64,000 nt of DNA from an uncultured Candidatus Saccharibacteria bacterium (GCA_964350735.1 CAYGKO010000004.1:83583-147582), one strand, 5' to 3'; numbered from the stretch's first letter, positions 8,974 to 20,047 are shown. The notes: generated from the sequence alone by a model not told the origin. Program-made: numbers and translations.

Positions 8974-9489
8974 TTATTGAAACAATACAGCGTCAGGGCA
9001 AAAACTAAGACCAAGCTCCTGTCCCGCAAAAAACTCATTGACTCCAGCCCTGGTTCGTACTGATACGTCTAAAGAGCAAGCTGTCTCTTTATCTAGATTT
9101 AATGCTGATAAAAATGCCTGCTCTGCAACAACTCGCACCTCAGCTAGTGGCTCGGCCTCTAAGCTGATCTGGAAGTAATTATACGACTCATAGAACGTTA
9201 AGGCATAAGGTTCGTTTTCTACATCAAAACCACCCGCAAAAACCCAAGCATCGGTACCCACTTGATCAGCTCGTTCTTTCACATTTGTGATAGTAATTAA
9301 TTGACCTTCTTTATTTAAAATCATCAACGAAGTCTGCTCTCCTGGTACACCTGATGAGACTGGGGACGTGATATCAACAAAATCAACGGCTCTCGGTTCA
9401 GACACATCCACTGTGGTACGCAAGAAATAACTCACTATAACTATAAGCATCAGTATCCCAGCTACGATGACTAGTATATTTTTAAACAT
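8974..9489 (-). CDS. Membrane-anchored hypothetical protein within the pilin-hydrolase operon
   Basis: N-terminal TM helix; two C-terminal Cys; 2-bp gaps to both neighbours. Confidence 0.75.
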   Translation of the reverse strand: MFKNILVIVAGILMLIVIVSYFLRTTVDVSEPRAVDFVDITSPVSSGVPGEQTSLMILNKEGQLITITNVKERADQVGTDAWVFAGGFDVENEPYALTFYESYNYFQISLEAEPLAEVRVVAEQAFLSALNLDKETACSLDVSVRTRAGVNEFFAGQELGLSFCPDAVLFQ

Positions 9490-9491
9490 AT

Positions 9492-10445
9492 TTATCTTAG
9501 TTTACACAGATTATTACGGGAAGTTTGCACACCACACTTTACCGCACTACAGGCCCAGTCACCTAAATCTCCCGACTGTTTAGCCAGCCTGATTGCTATT
9601 TGTTCATTACACTGAGGGTACTGAGCAGCTTTTGTTCGACACTCAGCAGCAAGAGCTTCTTTGCCGGACACTACGGCATATTTTTTAATGCCGTTTGAGC
9701 TGCGGCCATCTTCCTTGAACGCACTCGGGCAATCTAGGTTTAGTGGACCGTCAGGTGTATCACACTGTAATTTATGAACTGGGAGGTTGATTTGAAAGGT
9801 GCCTACTGAGTATCCACCTCCACCAGTAAGTTTATCAGTACCGCTCTCAGCCGTGGCGTTGCAACCACTCTCTTGACTCACAATTTTTGCCATATCGCCA
9901 GCAAAATCTCCCCAACCCCGACTTCGTAGAGCATCTTCACTACAAGGTCCCGATTTTGCAGCTACACAACTACCAGCTAAAGCGCTGGAGTTTCCAATAA
10001 AGCCTGTGCCTGATCGGTCCGCTAAGGGAACCTCAACTGGTCGGGTGGGATAAATACACTCCACCGTGCGCCAGTTTAAGGATGGATTACCGTCATCAAT
10101 CAAAACTCCAAACAAAAGATCGATGAAAAGAAACGCCGCTAAGATAATAATATATCCAATTGCCACATTAGTAATCATCTCCTTGGCTTTTTTGGCTGCA
10201 TCAGCATTTCCACCCGAGGTCAGCATTCGGAAGCCAGCAAATATAAACACTAATACTGCGATACTCGAAGCAAGCACGATAATAAACTGGATCAGATTAT
10301 TTACCAGCTGTACAAACTCACACGTACCACAACTCGATGGGTCGTTACCAGAACACTGCAGTGGCACTAGCTGTTCAGCCTGGACCAGCTCGGGAGTCAG
10401 TAACACCAACAGCAAGACGACGGGAATAATCAGAAATCTAAACAT
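9492..10445 (-). CDS. Pilin domain fused to a lytic transglycosylase/lysozyme-like domain (start reassigned to ATG 10445)
   Basis: Signal peptide MFRFLIIPVV..VQA, Cys motif, TM-TSGGNADAAKKAK-TM; C-terminal IVSQESG (catalytic Glu-Ser), SVGTFQIN, terminal GDW; Cys-rich. Confidence 0.78.
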   Translation of the reverse strand: MFRFLIIPVVLLLVLLTPELVQAEQLVPLQCSGNDPSSCGTCEFVQLVNNLIQFIIVLASSIAVLVFIFAGFRMLTSGGNADAAKKAKEMITNVAIGYIIILAAFLFIDLLFGVLIDDGNPSLNWRTVECIYPTRPVEVPLADRSGTGFIGNSSALAGSCVAAKSGPCSEDALRSRGWGDFAGDMAKIVSQESGCNATAESGTDKLTGGGGYSVGTFQINLPVHKLQCDTPDGPLNLDCPSAFKEDGRSSNGIKKYAVVSGKEALAAECRTKAAQYPQCNEQIAIRLAKQSGDLGDWACSAVKCGVQTSRNNLCKLR

Positions 10446-10539
10446 ACGCGTAATAGTAAAATGGTAGCACACTACAGGAGGCTTTTCTCCGCCTCGAAGA
10501 TATGGTAGTTTATAGCACTTGTGAATGCTTGGAGGCCTA

Positions 10540-10642
10540 GCTACCAACGCACTCAGAAGCAAATGCGTCGGTGGCAGAAATAAAGCGGATAGCTTTATTT
10601 CAAAAATCGGAGCACGATGTGAGCTTGCGAACCAGTGCGACC
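10540..10642. repeat. Multi-hairpin intergenic element upstream of tRNA-Tyr
   Basis: gctaccaacgca/tgcgtcggtggc, gaaataaagc/gctttatttc, gcac..GAGCTTGCGA..gtgc. Confidence 0.55.
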
Positions 10643-10681
10643 ACACTTTGTTTTGCAATTATAAAAATGAGTAGTCACTAC

Positions 10682-10764
10682 GCGTCGGTGGCGGAGCGGT
10701 CAATCGCGGCGGACTGTAAATCCGCTGACTTATGTCTACGCTGGTTCGAATCCAGCCCGGCGCA
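10682..10764 (+). tRNA. tRNA-Tyr(GTA)
   Basis: gcgga-CTGTAAA-tccgc anticodon arm, variable arm, GGTTCGAATCC. Confidence 0.94.
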
Positions 10765-10874
10765 CACAATAAAATTCACTCATATTGAACCAACTTTTAT
10801 TTTTTACTCCTTGGCATTTTTGTAATTTCACAGTAGAGTAGATTTAAACTGAATTTCTCAACCCGGAGGAACCC

Positions 10875-11393
10875 ATGATCTTTCGTTCTTTGACACTCGT
10901 CTTTATTCTTAGCATGCTCTGGCCAACTACAGCCTTAGCTTTGTGTGATTATCGAGCTATCTTCGATCAAAATTTAGCCCTAATCTTCGATGAAGAAGAT
11001 CCGAAAGCTGCACTCCCAGCCCTCGACCATGTCGCCATGACGAAAAGTGCGACGGACATGCGCGGGAGGTCACCGACACCAGAAGAATCCTTGATCGGTC
11101 TGGCAGCTTTGACCGAAATCATCACAAACAAAAAAGAAGGTGAAATTGTCAGTGGCACGGTTGTAGTCGACGAGGTGAAGTATGGAGGTGGTCCTCAAAT
11201 TCCTGGAGATCTGGAGGTGGCTGGAGGAAATCATCCTGGTGAACACACTTTTTATGTGCGTTTCAATAAGCGCACATGTCGAGTGACAGATGTGAACATC
11301 GGTATCTTCTATTCACTTCTAAGTCGACTTAGAAATCATGAAAGCATAAGAAGCATTCGTGATGAGGTTCATAAACAACAGACAAACCGCTGA
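10875..11393 (+). CDS. Secreted hypothetical protein
   Basis: GGAGG RBS, signal peptide ending TALA; GC hairpin plus T-run terminator at about 11420-11449. Confidence 0.7.
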   Translation: MIFRSLTLVFILSMLWPTTALALCDYRAIFDQNLALIFDEEDPKAALPALDHVAMTKSATDMRGRSPTPEESLIGLAALTEIITNKKEGEIVSGTVVVDEVKYGGGPQIPGDLEVAGGNHPGEHTFYVRFNKRTCRVTDVNIGIFYSLLSRLRNHESIRSIRDEVHKQQTNR

Positions 11394-11469
11394 ATCGTAT
11401 GAATCACAAAATAATCACACGCCGCCCACCCAGGGCGGCGACTTTTTTTATTTACTCTATAATAAGCTA

Positions 11470-12948
11470 ATGATTAATCTGATTGCGCGTCTGCAGCAAA
11501 AACCGTTGTTGCTCTGGAGCGCCTGCGGCGTCCTCCTCGGACTAGCGATGCTAAGTCCTCTGCTAAGTCTCTTACTGATTCCAGGTCTACTACTGTTTTT
11601 TTATGGACTAGATATAACTACGACACGGATCAATCTCTTTTGGTACAGCACTCTAGCCGGCACGCTCAAAAGCATGGGGGCGCTCGCTTGGCTGTGGCAG
11701 ATGGATCCGGCCGCTTGGCATGCCAGTACTCACACGGCAGCAAGTGTTGCAGTACTGTGCTTCTACTGGCTGTCTGCCTCACTCGTCATTGGACTTGGCC
11801 TGAGCTGCACCGTACTAGTATTTGTGTCGATCCGTAGATTTTCACCCTCCATCTGGTTAACCTTACCTTTATTGTGGGTACTTGGTGAAGCAATTGGATC
11901 AGCGCTGTTTTCACTATACTCCTGGGCGCCGCATATCCCACTGCACGCTGGCATGAGTTTCGGATATATCGGCTATCCGCTGGTACAGTTGCCGATCTTG
12001 ACTGGATTCGCAGTGTTAGGTGGTGTCTATGGTCTCGGACTGGTCACTGTCTTATGTGTATTACTGGTATACAAGCTATTGGTAACAAAACGAGCACCCG
12101 TCCTGCTCGCAGCACTTTGTGCGGTCTGCATACTTTCATATGCACTGACCACGTTACTTGTCACGACAGAACAACAAAACCGAACTGTATTGATAGCAGA
12201 AACAGACTACTCCCTCGCTTCTCTCAATACCCAGGCTGGTTTTGCTCGACGTACTGCCGAAGCCAAAAATATGGTACGAGACGCCTTACAGCTACAGTCT
12301 GACTACATCGTCTTACCTGAGCACAGCAATTTCACCAGAAACTTCTCTACTCCTCAAAAAGCCCTGACCTACATCGAGCAGCAAGCTTCATCTGAAGTTG
12401 TACTGATAGACACATTAGCCACCTCTTCAGTTAGAAACAAACGTACCCTGCGCTCGTACACATACACCACTAAAGACCCTCAGGTGTATGTTCAGGAAAA
12501 ATCATACTTAGTGCCACATGGTGAATACTTACCGGTGTATCATCAGTTATTTTTAGAGTTATTTACCCCTCGAACTACTTGGGAGAAATTTGTCCAAAAC
12601 AAAAACTTCCTTCCTCGCACTATCAACACTCTAAACCCTGACTTGAGGCTACCTAGTGTACTTTTCTGTTACGAAAGTCTCGTACCCTGGCAAGCAAAAA
12701 ACCTAGCTATCCGCTCTGAGATACCATTCATTGCTCATACTGTCTCCCATGGTTGGTTTAAAGGAGCTTCAATTTTAGAACATCAACAATCTTTAATGTT
12801 GCGCACTCAGGCAATATTTAGTCAAACTCACATTATTCAAGCCACAAATATGGGTCCGCATGCAGTATACGAACCAACTGGTCAAGTTTCATATGGAGAA
12901 TTAGTCAGTCAGTCTGGACTCTGGCGACTCTACACAATAGACATTTAG
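11470..12948 (+). CDS. lnt: Apolipoprotein N-acyltransferase (Lnt)-like protein
   Basis: Multi-TM N-terminus, GGVYGL, nitrilase triad LPE / KSYLVPHGEYLP / LFCYES; start 11470 preceded by TATAAT. Confidence 0.8.
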   Translation: MINLIARLQQKPLLLWSACGVLLGLAMLSPLLSLLLIPGLLLFFYGLDITTTRINLFWYSTLAGTLKSMGALAWLWQMDPAAWHASTHTAASVAVLCFYWLSASLVIGLGLSCTVLVFVSIRRFSPSIWLTLPLLWVLGEAIGSALFSLYSWAPHIPLHAGMSFGYIGYPLVQLPILTGFAVLGGVYGLGLVTVLCVLLVYKLLVTKRAPVLLAALCAVCILSYALTTLLVTTEQQNRTVLIAETDYSLASLNTQAGFARRTAEAKNMVRDALQLQSDYIVLPEHSNFTRNFSTPQKALTYIEQQASSEVVLIDTLATSSVRNKRTLRSYTYTTKDPQVYVQEKSYLVPHGEYLPVYHQLFLELFTPRTTWEKFVQNKNFLPRTINTLNPDLRLPSVLFCYESLVPWQAKNLAIRSEIPFIAHTVSHGWFKGASILEHQQSLMLRTQAIFSQTHIIQATNMGPHAVYEPTGQVSYGELVSQSGLWRLYTIDI

Positions 12949-13021
12949 ACACTTGTGAGTCTTATATTATAAATAATTCGGTATATACTAAAGAAAATTA
13001 CTCAAATATAAACCAATACGT

Positions 13022-14341
13022 ATGTATAGCTCTGCCATCCAAATATCAAACCGAAAATTACTGGTGCTACTAATTTTTACCTGTCTGTTTTACACCCCAA
13101 TAGCAAGCCACGCGGGTGGTGGTGGTGAAGGTGGAGATGCAGATAGTACCGGAGGGATGGCAACAGCTGGAACAGGACCGACTGGCTTCTCTGGGATGGT
13201 CGATAGCGCTATCGGAGCCATTGGAGACGCAGCCAGTGCTGTTGGTGATGCCGCTAGTGACGCAGCTAGCGCTGTTGGTGCTGCTTTTGGCGGAGGAAGC
13301 CAAGGTAGTACCAGAGGCGGTGGCGGATCAGACTCAGGCGCAGCTAACGGAAGCTCTGGCATTGGCGCGTATGGTGGTGGGGCTGATACACCTGGAACCT
13401 CTGGAGGGAATGACGGAGCTGGAGGTGGCAGTTTTGGCGCCAGTCGTCGTGCCACCCCGCCACCTCCGCCGCCAGTTGAACGAGCGGCGGAACTAGAAGC
13501 AATCACAGCCGGAGCCTTTACTATCAATGACACGACTACGTTCTCTGGCTCAATTGTAAATACTGGAAACTCAGTTGCAAAAGCCTTAAATCCTAACGTC
13601 CGCAAAATAAACAATCGTCTTCTTGTTGACTATACTTGTGACGGCACTGTCGACAAACGACAGCAGTTCGAAACTGATTTTGAACTCTTGCGAACCGGAC
13701 GAAATAACACCATCTCATTCTCTGCTTCAGAAACAGAAATCCCAAACGGAAATCATTGTTTTAGCTTTACTATTGATTTAGACGAAAAATATACTGACAC
13801 AAACAGACAAAATAACAAAACGCAATTTGAAAACTTTTCTGTCCAAAATCTTATCACTACTGCCACTGGCGTTGGTGACACACTCACAACGGGAGACAAC
13901 GATCAGGCAGCAGTGGCTCAAAACCCAGACGCAGTGGTTGTAGACGCTACTCCAGCTGTTGTAAATACTAGCAACGGGGTAACAACTGACATCACTGATG
14001 CACCTCCCCTACTCTTTCAAATCAGAACCAGGAAGGTTAGCAACGAAAGCACCGGACAGCTATCTACGGTCACAGACTGGACATCAGACGATGTCAGCGT
14101 TCGTACCGATGAAACTATTTCAGTCAAATGGAACGCCCCCGGCTACGAAATCTGCTTCCCTTTCATTTTCCAAGATGGTTTCTCGAACAAGATCGCAGTT
14201 GGAGCAACTAGTGCCAATACCGAAGTGGCAGGAGTTGCTGTACGACTAGTGAATGGTGCTTACCGCATCAAATGCACCACCGATGATAACCTTGATGCTG
14301 AACAAAGTATCGCTGTCACAGTCATACAGGACTCGGAATAA
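13022..14341 (+). CDS. Secreted Gly/Ala-rich surface protein with CARDB/Ig-like domains
   Basis: Signal peptide, Gly-rich low-complexity region, poly-Pro linker, IVNTG...IDLDEKYTDTNRQNN CARDB-like signature. Confidence 0.65.
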   Translation: MYSSAIQISNRKLLVLLIFTCLFYTPIASHAGGGGEGGDADSTGGMATAGTGPTGFSGMVDSAIGAIGDAASAVGDAASDAASAVGAAFGGGSQGSTRGGGGSDSGAANGSSGIGAYGGGADTPGTSGGNDGAGGGSFGASRRATPPPPPPVERAAELEAITAGAFTINDTTTFSGSIVNTGNSVAKALNPNVRKINNRLLVDYTCDGTVDKRQQFETDFELLRTGRNNTISFSASETEIPNGNHCFSFTIDLDEKYTDTNRQNNKTQFENFSVQNLITTATGVGDTLTTGDNDQAAVAQNPDAVVVDATPAVVNTSNGVTTDITDAPPLLFQIRTRKVSNESTGQLSTVTDWTSDDVSVRTDETISVKWNAPGYEICFPFIFQDGFSNKIAVGATSANTEVAGVAVRLVNGAYRIKCTTDDNLDAEQSIAVTVIQDSE

Positions 14342-14360
14342 CAAATAAACTGCGCATATA

Positions 14361-14394
14361 AAGAAAAGACTCACTAGTTGGTGAGTCTTTTCTT
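14361..14394. terminator. Bidirectional terminator
   Basis: aagaaaagactcact-agtt-ggtgagtcttttctt. Confidence 0.8.
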
Positions 14395-14402
14395 TTAGAT
14401 AA

Positions 14403-17102
14403 TTATGCTGCCACTAACTCCTTTTTACGCTTTGATACTTTTCTAGTCGTTGGTTTCCGTTTTGATTTCTTTTTAATATCGAATTGCAGTTCGTCTTTTT
14501 TCATACTCACTTTTACAGTACCGCCCTGCAACATCCCTTCGCCCACCATCATATTAGCTACCGGCGTAAGAATGCGACTCTGGATCACTCGCTTCAGGGG
14601 TCGAGCACCCATCTTCGGGTCATACCCTTCTTGAGCGATATACTCCAACACATCTTTGGTGACTGTGAGCGAAATGTCTTTAGCTCCAAGTCGCTTCACC
14701 ACTTCTCCTACTTGGATTTCTACAATAGACCGAATGGTCTCTGGTGACAGAATATCGAAGAGGATAATTTCGTCGAGACGGTTGAGGAATTCAGGTCGGA
14801 AATAATCTTTCAAACTATCAATCACTTTATCTTTAGCCTGCACATACTGTGCAGTGTCACCTCGGTCTTCTGAGAACCCAAAATTCGACATCCGATCGAT
14901 GTGTTCAGCCCCAATGTTTGAAGTCATGATAATGATGGTATTGCGGAAGTTTACCTTTCGCCCCTTAGCATCAGTCAAATGCCCTGAATCAAGTACTTGC
15001 AGTAAAATATTGAATACTTCAGGATGAGCCTTTTCCACTTCATCAAGCAAGATCACCGAATACGGCCGGTGCCGCACGCGCTCGGTGAATGAACCACCCT
15101 CTTCATGTCCGACATATCCCGGCGGTGAACCAATTAATTTACTAATGGCATGCTTCTCCATAAATTCTGACATATCCACCCGCAAGAGCGCGTCAGGATC
15201 GTCAAACATAAATTCTGCCAATGCTCTTGAAAGCTCTGTTTTCCCGACTCCGGTGGGCCCGAGGAATAAGAACGAGCCAATTGGTCGATTTGGATCGGCG
15301 ATTCCAGCTCGTGAACGCTTGACTGCGTTGGCTACTAGATTCACCGCTTGGTTTTGCCCCACCACCTGCACTTCGAGATCTTCTTCCATGCGTGAAAGCT
15401 TAGCTGCTTCTGCTTCAAGCATCCGCGCGGCAGGAATACCCGTCCAGCGCGATACCACCGTTGCTATGTCTTCCTCTGTAATTTCTTCTTTGAGCAACTT
15501 ACGACTGCGCTGCAATTTCTTCAGTCGCTTAGTCTTTGCCTCGAAGTCTTTTTCAACTGACGGAATAGTGTCGTATCGAATCTCAGCTGCTCGAGTGAGG
15601 TCCGCCATCGCTTCGGCAGATTCAGCTTCGAGACGTAATTCTTCTAGTTCTTTTTTCAGTCGACTGATTTCTCCCAGCGCATCTTTTTCATTATTCCATT
15701 TTGTCTCAAGTGCTTTAGTAGTTTCTTTCAATTCGCCGATTTCACTATTGATCTCTTTAAGGCGGCTTTTAAGCTTTTTCTTGTCTTCGGCAGTTTCTTC
15801 TTCCTTCTTTAAAGCTTCTTTTTCAATCTCCAAACGACGTACTTGCCGATCGGCCACCACTAATTCTTCCGGCTTGTTTTCAAGTGAGATTCTGAGCGCA
15901 GCTGCTGCCTCATCAATGAGATCAATCGCTTTGTCAGGCAAGAATCGTTCAGAGATGTAACGACTTGATAACGTAACTGCCGAAATAATCGCGTCATCTG
16001 TGATCCGCACCCCATGGAACAATTCATACTTCTCTGCAATACCTCGTAAAATAGCAATCGCATCTTCTAGATTTGGCTCATTTACCATTACAGGCTGAAA
16101 CCGTCGTGTCAGGGCTGGATCTTTCTCGATATGCTTTTGGTATTCCTTGAGTGTCGTCGCACCAATGATGCGCATCTCACCTCGAGCCAATGCTGGTTTC
16201 AACATATTACTCGCATCCATTGAGCCTTCGGCTTGTCCGGCTCCCACAATAGTGTGTAACTCATCAATAAACAGAATCACTCGACCTTCCGACTGCTCAA
16301 TTTCTTTCATGACATTCTTCAGTCGATCTTCAAACTCACCGCGGAACTTAGTTCCAGCCACCAAGAGACCGAGATCAAGAGATAAAATTTCTTTATCTTT
16401 GACTGACTCAGGAACTACACCTTGAGCGATTTGTTGGGCTAAACCTTCAGCGATAGCTGTTTTTCCAACTCCGGCTTCTCCGATTAGCACCGGGTTATTT
16501 TTGGTCCGGCGCGACAGGATCTGTACCACTCGCTGCACTTCTGCATCTCGTCCAATCACTGGATCGAGCTTGTTGTCTTGCGCGAGCTTAGTGAGATTTC
16601 GGGTGTACTTAGTAAGAGCTCGAAATTGCTTTGGTTGTTCTGCTTCACTAATACCGCCTTCACGGATTTCTTGCAACGCATTTGCTACTTGATCTTTTTT
16701 AATACCTGAACGTTGTAGCACTTCAATCGCTGGACCCGGATATTCAAGCGCACTTAAAAATAGATGTTCAACCCCTACATACGAATCTCCAAGCTCTTGA
16801 GCTGCTTCACCAGCCTGTTCAAGTGCTTTTGCCAAATCTGGAGTGAGATACAGCTGATACGATTGTGATACTGAGGAGTTCATTTCTGAACCTTCGAGAG
16901 CTTCTATCAAAAGATCAGTAAAAACGATAATATCGATATCAAGCCGATCAAGCACTGAGATGACCGTACTTTCGTCTTGCATAGCAAGTGCCGTCAATAA
17001 ATGAACGGGGCTAACGTGATTTTGACCACGCTCAATGGCCAGCTCATGCGCTTTTCGGATCGCCTCTTTCGCTCGGGATGTAAAATTGTGAAAATTAGGC
17101 AT
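14403..17102 (-). CDS. clpB: ATP-dependent chaperone ClpB
   Basis: Two AAA+ domains ([16 protein letters not shown]), coiled-coil M domain, GSPPGYVG. Confidence 0.95.
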   Translation of the reverse strand: MPNFHNFTSRAKEAIRKAHELAIERGQNHVSPVHLLTALAMQDESTVISVLDRLDIDIIVFTDLLIEALEGSEMNSSVSQSYQLYLTPDLAKALEQAGEAAQELGDSYVGVEHLFLSALEYPGPAIEVLQRSGIKKDQVANALQEIREGGISEAEQPKQFRALTKYTRNLTKLAQDNKLDPVIGRDAEVQRVVQILSRRTKNNPVLIGEAGVGKTAIAEGLAQQIAQGVVPESVKDKEILSLDLGLLVAGTKFRGEFEDRLKNVMKEIEQSEGRVILFIDELHTIVGAGQAEGSMDASNMLKPALARGEMRIIGATTLKEYQKHIEKDPALTRRFQPVMVNEPNLEDAIAILRGIAEKYELFHGVRITDDAIISAVTLSSRYISERFLPDKAIDLIDEAAAALRISLENKPEELVVADRQVRRLEIEKEALKKEEETAEDKKKLKSRLKEINSEIGELKETTKALETKWNNEKDALGEISRLKKELEELRLEAESAEAMADLTRAAEIRYDTIPSVEKDFEAKTKRLKKLQRSRKLLKEEITEEDIATVVSRWTGIPAARMLEAEAAKLSRMEEDLEVQVVGQNQAVNLVANAVKRSRAGIADPNRPIGSFLFLGPTGVGKTELSRALAEFMFDDPDALLRVDMSEFMEKHAISKLIGSPPGYVGHEEGGSFTERVRHRPYSVILLDEVEKAHPEVFNILLQVLDSGHLTDAKGRKVNFRNTIIIMTSNIGAEHIDRMSNFGFSEDRGDTAQYVQAKDKVIDSLKDYFRPEFLNRLDEIILFDILSPETIRSIVEIQVGEVVKRLGAKDISLTVTKDVLEYIAQEGYDPKMGARPLKRVIQSRILTPVANMMVGEGMLQGGTVKVSMKKDELQFDIKKKSKRKPTTRKVSKRKKELVAA

Positions 17103-17210
17103 AGTTTCAGGATTATTTGTTCATTATACGACACTGAAGTTCAGGATCAGCCGCTTATGCAGTCAGTCAGTCGTATGCATTAATACGCATCGTATAAAGC
17201 TATATTGCAT

Positions 17211-18437
17211 CTATTTAGTAGTCGAGTCAAATGATTGCATCGCCTGGTAGTGTGCCTGGAGTATATTGGCAATTTTTGTGGCATTTTTGACTGAAAGTGC
17301 AGTATCCGAACCAAGCGAAAATCGAATAGTAGAGCTGGCTCTAGTGGTGTCGTCAGTGATAGCTTTTACCACCGCACTTTCTCCACTACCTGCTCCACTG
17401 CAGGCTGATTTGGTGCTCGCAGCAATGCCATTTTTATCGAGTACGACAACGGCAAATTCACTATCAATTCCCGGGAGGGAAATATTTAAGTTGTTCGGTA
17501 GACGAACATCACTCAAGATATCAGACCCATTAAGCTCAGCCGCTGGCACGTGCTGCTTGATGTGCTGCCATAACAGCGCATTTTCTTGCCGTACCCGCTC
17601 TGCCACTGTCTTCCATTCAGACTGGGCCAGGGCGATTGCTGTAGCGGTTCCAACTATTCCCGCTGTGTTTTCGGTACCAGCGCGCAACCCTGACTCTTGT
17701 CCGCCACCAAGTACAATTCCTTTAAGTTGTATATTTCTACCCGCCAACACCCCCACCCCTTTAGGCCCCTGACATTTGCCAGCATCAAGCGTCATCATAT
17801 CGACACCGAGCTGTGTCATCTGGCACGAGAGCCAAAGTGGTGCCTGACTGGCGTCGAGATGGGTTTTGATACTCGTCTGGTGATCAGCATTGTATTTCCG
17901 AATCGATCTCGTTATTCGCTTCACTGGTTGCACCGTACCAATCTCGCTGTTGGCGTACGCAAATGTAACCAACCGAGTCTTTGGACTTATAAGTGCTTGC
18001 AGTGACGCTTCGACAATCACTCCTTCAGAACTGAGGTCAACATACCGTACCAAGACCCCAATTGATTCCAGGTGTACTAATACTTCAAGTACTGAAGGAT
18101 GTTCAATCTTAGTTGAGATGATCTCAATCTCACCATAAGGCACCTGCTCTACTTCGTGTAGGTGTCGGACATATCCGTATAGAGCCAAGTTATTAGACTC
18201 TGAACCCGAAGCAGTAAAGGTAACCTCATTCGGTCGGATTCCTAATGCGCGGGCTATTTTAAGCCGAGCATCAGCCACGGCAATTGCCGCCTGCTGTCCT
18301 TCAGCATGGATTGCACTAGCATTGCCAAACTGTTCAGCAAAATACGGCTGCATTGCAGTACGCACTTCAGCCCGTACTGGTGTCGCCGCAGCATTATCAA
18401 GATATATTCGTTTTTGAGCTTGCCGCCGCCATTTCAT
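17211..18437 (-). CDS. iscS: Cysteine desulfurase (IscS/NifS family); start reassigned to 18437
   Basis: IYLDNAAATP, EHPSV, GPKGVG, GGGQESGLRAGTEN, STKSAC. Confidence 0.88.
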   Translation of the reverse strand: MKWRRQAQKRIYLDNAAATPVRAEVRTAMQPYFAEQFGNASAIHAEGQQAAIAVADARLKIARALGIRPNEVTFTASGSESNNLALYGYVRHLHEVEQVPYGEIEIISTKIEHPSVLEVLVHLESIGVLVRYVDLSSEGVIVEASLQALISPKTRLVTFAYANSEIGTVQPVKRITRSIRKYNADHQTSIKTHLDASQAPLWLSCQMTQLGVDMMTLDAGKCQGPKGVGVLAGRNIQLKGIVLGGGQESGLRAGTENTAGIVGTATAIALAQSEWKTVAERVRQENALLWQHIKQHVPAAELNGSDILSDVRLPNNLNISLPGIDSEFAVVVLDKNGIAASTKSACSGAGSGESAVVKAITDDTTRASSTIRFSLGSDTALSVKNATKIANILQAHYQAMQSFDSTTK

Positions 18438-18547
18438 CGACGAACTATAGCATGTTTCTAAATGGTTAGATATGTGGTATAGTTCGCGCATTATAAGGCC
18501 TAAATCCAGGCTTTTTCATTTCGTTACTAGTTTAAATCACATCGATC

Positions 18548-20047
18548 ATGGCAAAGAAAAAAACAACAGCATCAAATGTAGTGAAACGCCCTCCTGTAGT
18601 GGTGATCATGGGTCATATTGACCACGGAAAATCTACCCTCCTCGACCACATTCGAGAGTCTAATGTCGTGGACGGTGAGGCCGGTGGCATCACCCAACAC
18701 CTGTCTGCCTACGTGGTAGAGCACAAGACCAGTGAAGGCGCTGAAGAAAAGATTACCTTCTTAGACACTCCTGGACACGCAGCCTTCCAGAAGATGCGTT
18801 TGCGTGGGGCTGACGTTGCAGACATCGCTATTTTGATCGTTTCAGCTGAAGACGGCGTAAAGCCACAAACCCTTGAGGCCCTGGAGAGCATTAAAGCAGC
18901 TGATATTCCTTATATCGTTGCAATAAATAAGATTGACAAACCTGGGGCTAATATTGCTCAAACTCAAGCCAGTCTCATTGAAAACGAAATCTACATCGAA
19001 GGTATGGGTGGCGATATTCCTTGGGTTGGTATTTCAGCCAAAACTGGCGAGGGTATTCCTGAGCTCCTCGACTTACTCATCCTGACCGCTGATGTAGCTG
19101 AGCTAACTGGAGACGCAAACGCTCCAGCTGAAGGACAGGTCATCGAAGCGTTGCTTGACCCCAAGCGTGGCAACACCGCTACTTTAATTATCAAAAACGG
19201 AACTCTCAAGAGTGGTGAGTTTGTGTTATCAGGCAAAGCATACTCCCCAGTTCGCATCATGGAAGACCATGTAGGGAAAAATATTCGAGAAGCTACCCTA
19301 GCTCAACCAGTTCGTATTGTTGGCTTCACCGAAATTCCAAAGGTAGGGGCTACATTCTCTACTGTGGCTACCAAGAAAGAAGCCGAGAAAGCGATCGAAG
19401 AAACAACATCAATTCCGAATGAAGCCCGGTTTGAGCGCACGAAACTACCGATCGTCCCGATTATGATTAAAGCTGATGTATCAGGCACGCTTGAAGCCAT
19501 CCAGCACGAACTCGATAAATTTGAATCAGACCGGATCGCTGTGCGCGTAATCGAAGCCAGTGTAGGAGATGTCACAGCAACTGATGTGCAAAGTGTGAGT
19601 GCCACTACTGACGCGATCATTGTTGGATTCAACGTTAAGGTAGAGCGTCCAGCCGTAGACCTAGCGGAGCGACTTGAAGTAGAAATCGACACCTTCAACA
19701 TTATCTACGAGCTAGCTGAATGGCTCAATACTGCTCTTAAAAACCGAACTCCTAAAATGGAAGAGAAGAAAATCACCGGACATGCCAAAATTTTGAAGCA
19801 CTTCAGTACCCAGAAAAATATCTATGTCCTCGGAGGACGTGTAGAGGAAGGTACTCTTAAACTCAATCAAAGCGTACGCATCACTCGACGTGATATTGAA
19901 ATTGGCACTGGTAAGCTCACCAACGTGCAGCAATACAAAAAAGACGTACAAGAGGTGTCCGAAGGTGAGTTTGGTATGCAAGTTCAAACCAAAACTGAAG
20001 TGGCAGCTGGCGACATGATCGAAGCCTTCGATATTGTTATTACCTAA
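18548..20047 (+). CDS. infB: Translation initiation factor IF-2 (no N-terminal domain)
   Basis: [28 protein letters not shown]. Confidence 0.97.
   Translation: MAKKKTTASNVVKRPPVVVIMGHIDHGKSTLLDHIRESNVVDGEAGGITQHLSAYVVEHKTSEGAEEKITFLDTPGHAAFQKMRLRGADVADIAILIVSAEDGVKPQTLEALESIKAADIPYIVAINKIDKPGANIAQTQASLIENEIYIEGMGGDIPWVGISAKTGEGIPELLDLLILTADVAELTGDANAPAEGQVIEALLDPKRGNTATLIIKNGTLKSGEFVLSGKAYSPVRIMEDHVGKNIREATLAQPVRIVGFTEIPKVGATFSTVATKKEAEKAIEETTSIPNEARFERTKLPIVPIMIKADVSGTLEAIQHELDKFESDRIAVRVIEASVGDVTATDVQSVSATTDAIIVGFNVKVERPAVDLAERLEVEIDTFNIIYELAEWLNTALKNRTPKMEEKKITGHAKILKHFSTQKNIYVLGGRVEEGTLKLNQSVRITRRDIEIGTGKLTNVQQYKKDVQEVSEGEFGMQVQTKTEVAAGDMIEAFDIVIT

Noticed and set aside
10446-10658. 71-aa N-terminal extension of the 9492-10658 ORF
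   Set aside because: Runs through hairpin-rich intergenic DNA; the signal peptide begins at ATG 10445
15085-15960. Long antisense ORFs (also 41950-42882, 8373-9008, 25156-25791)
   Set aside because: Shadow frames of well-supported genes on the opposite strand, with no recognisable motifs
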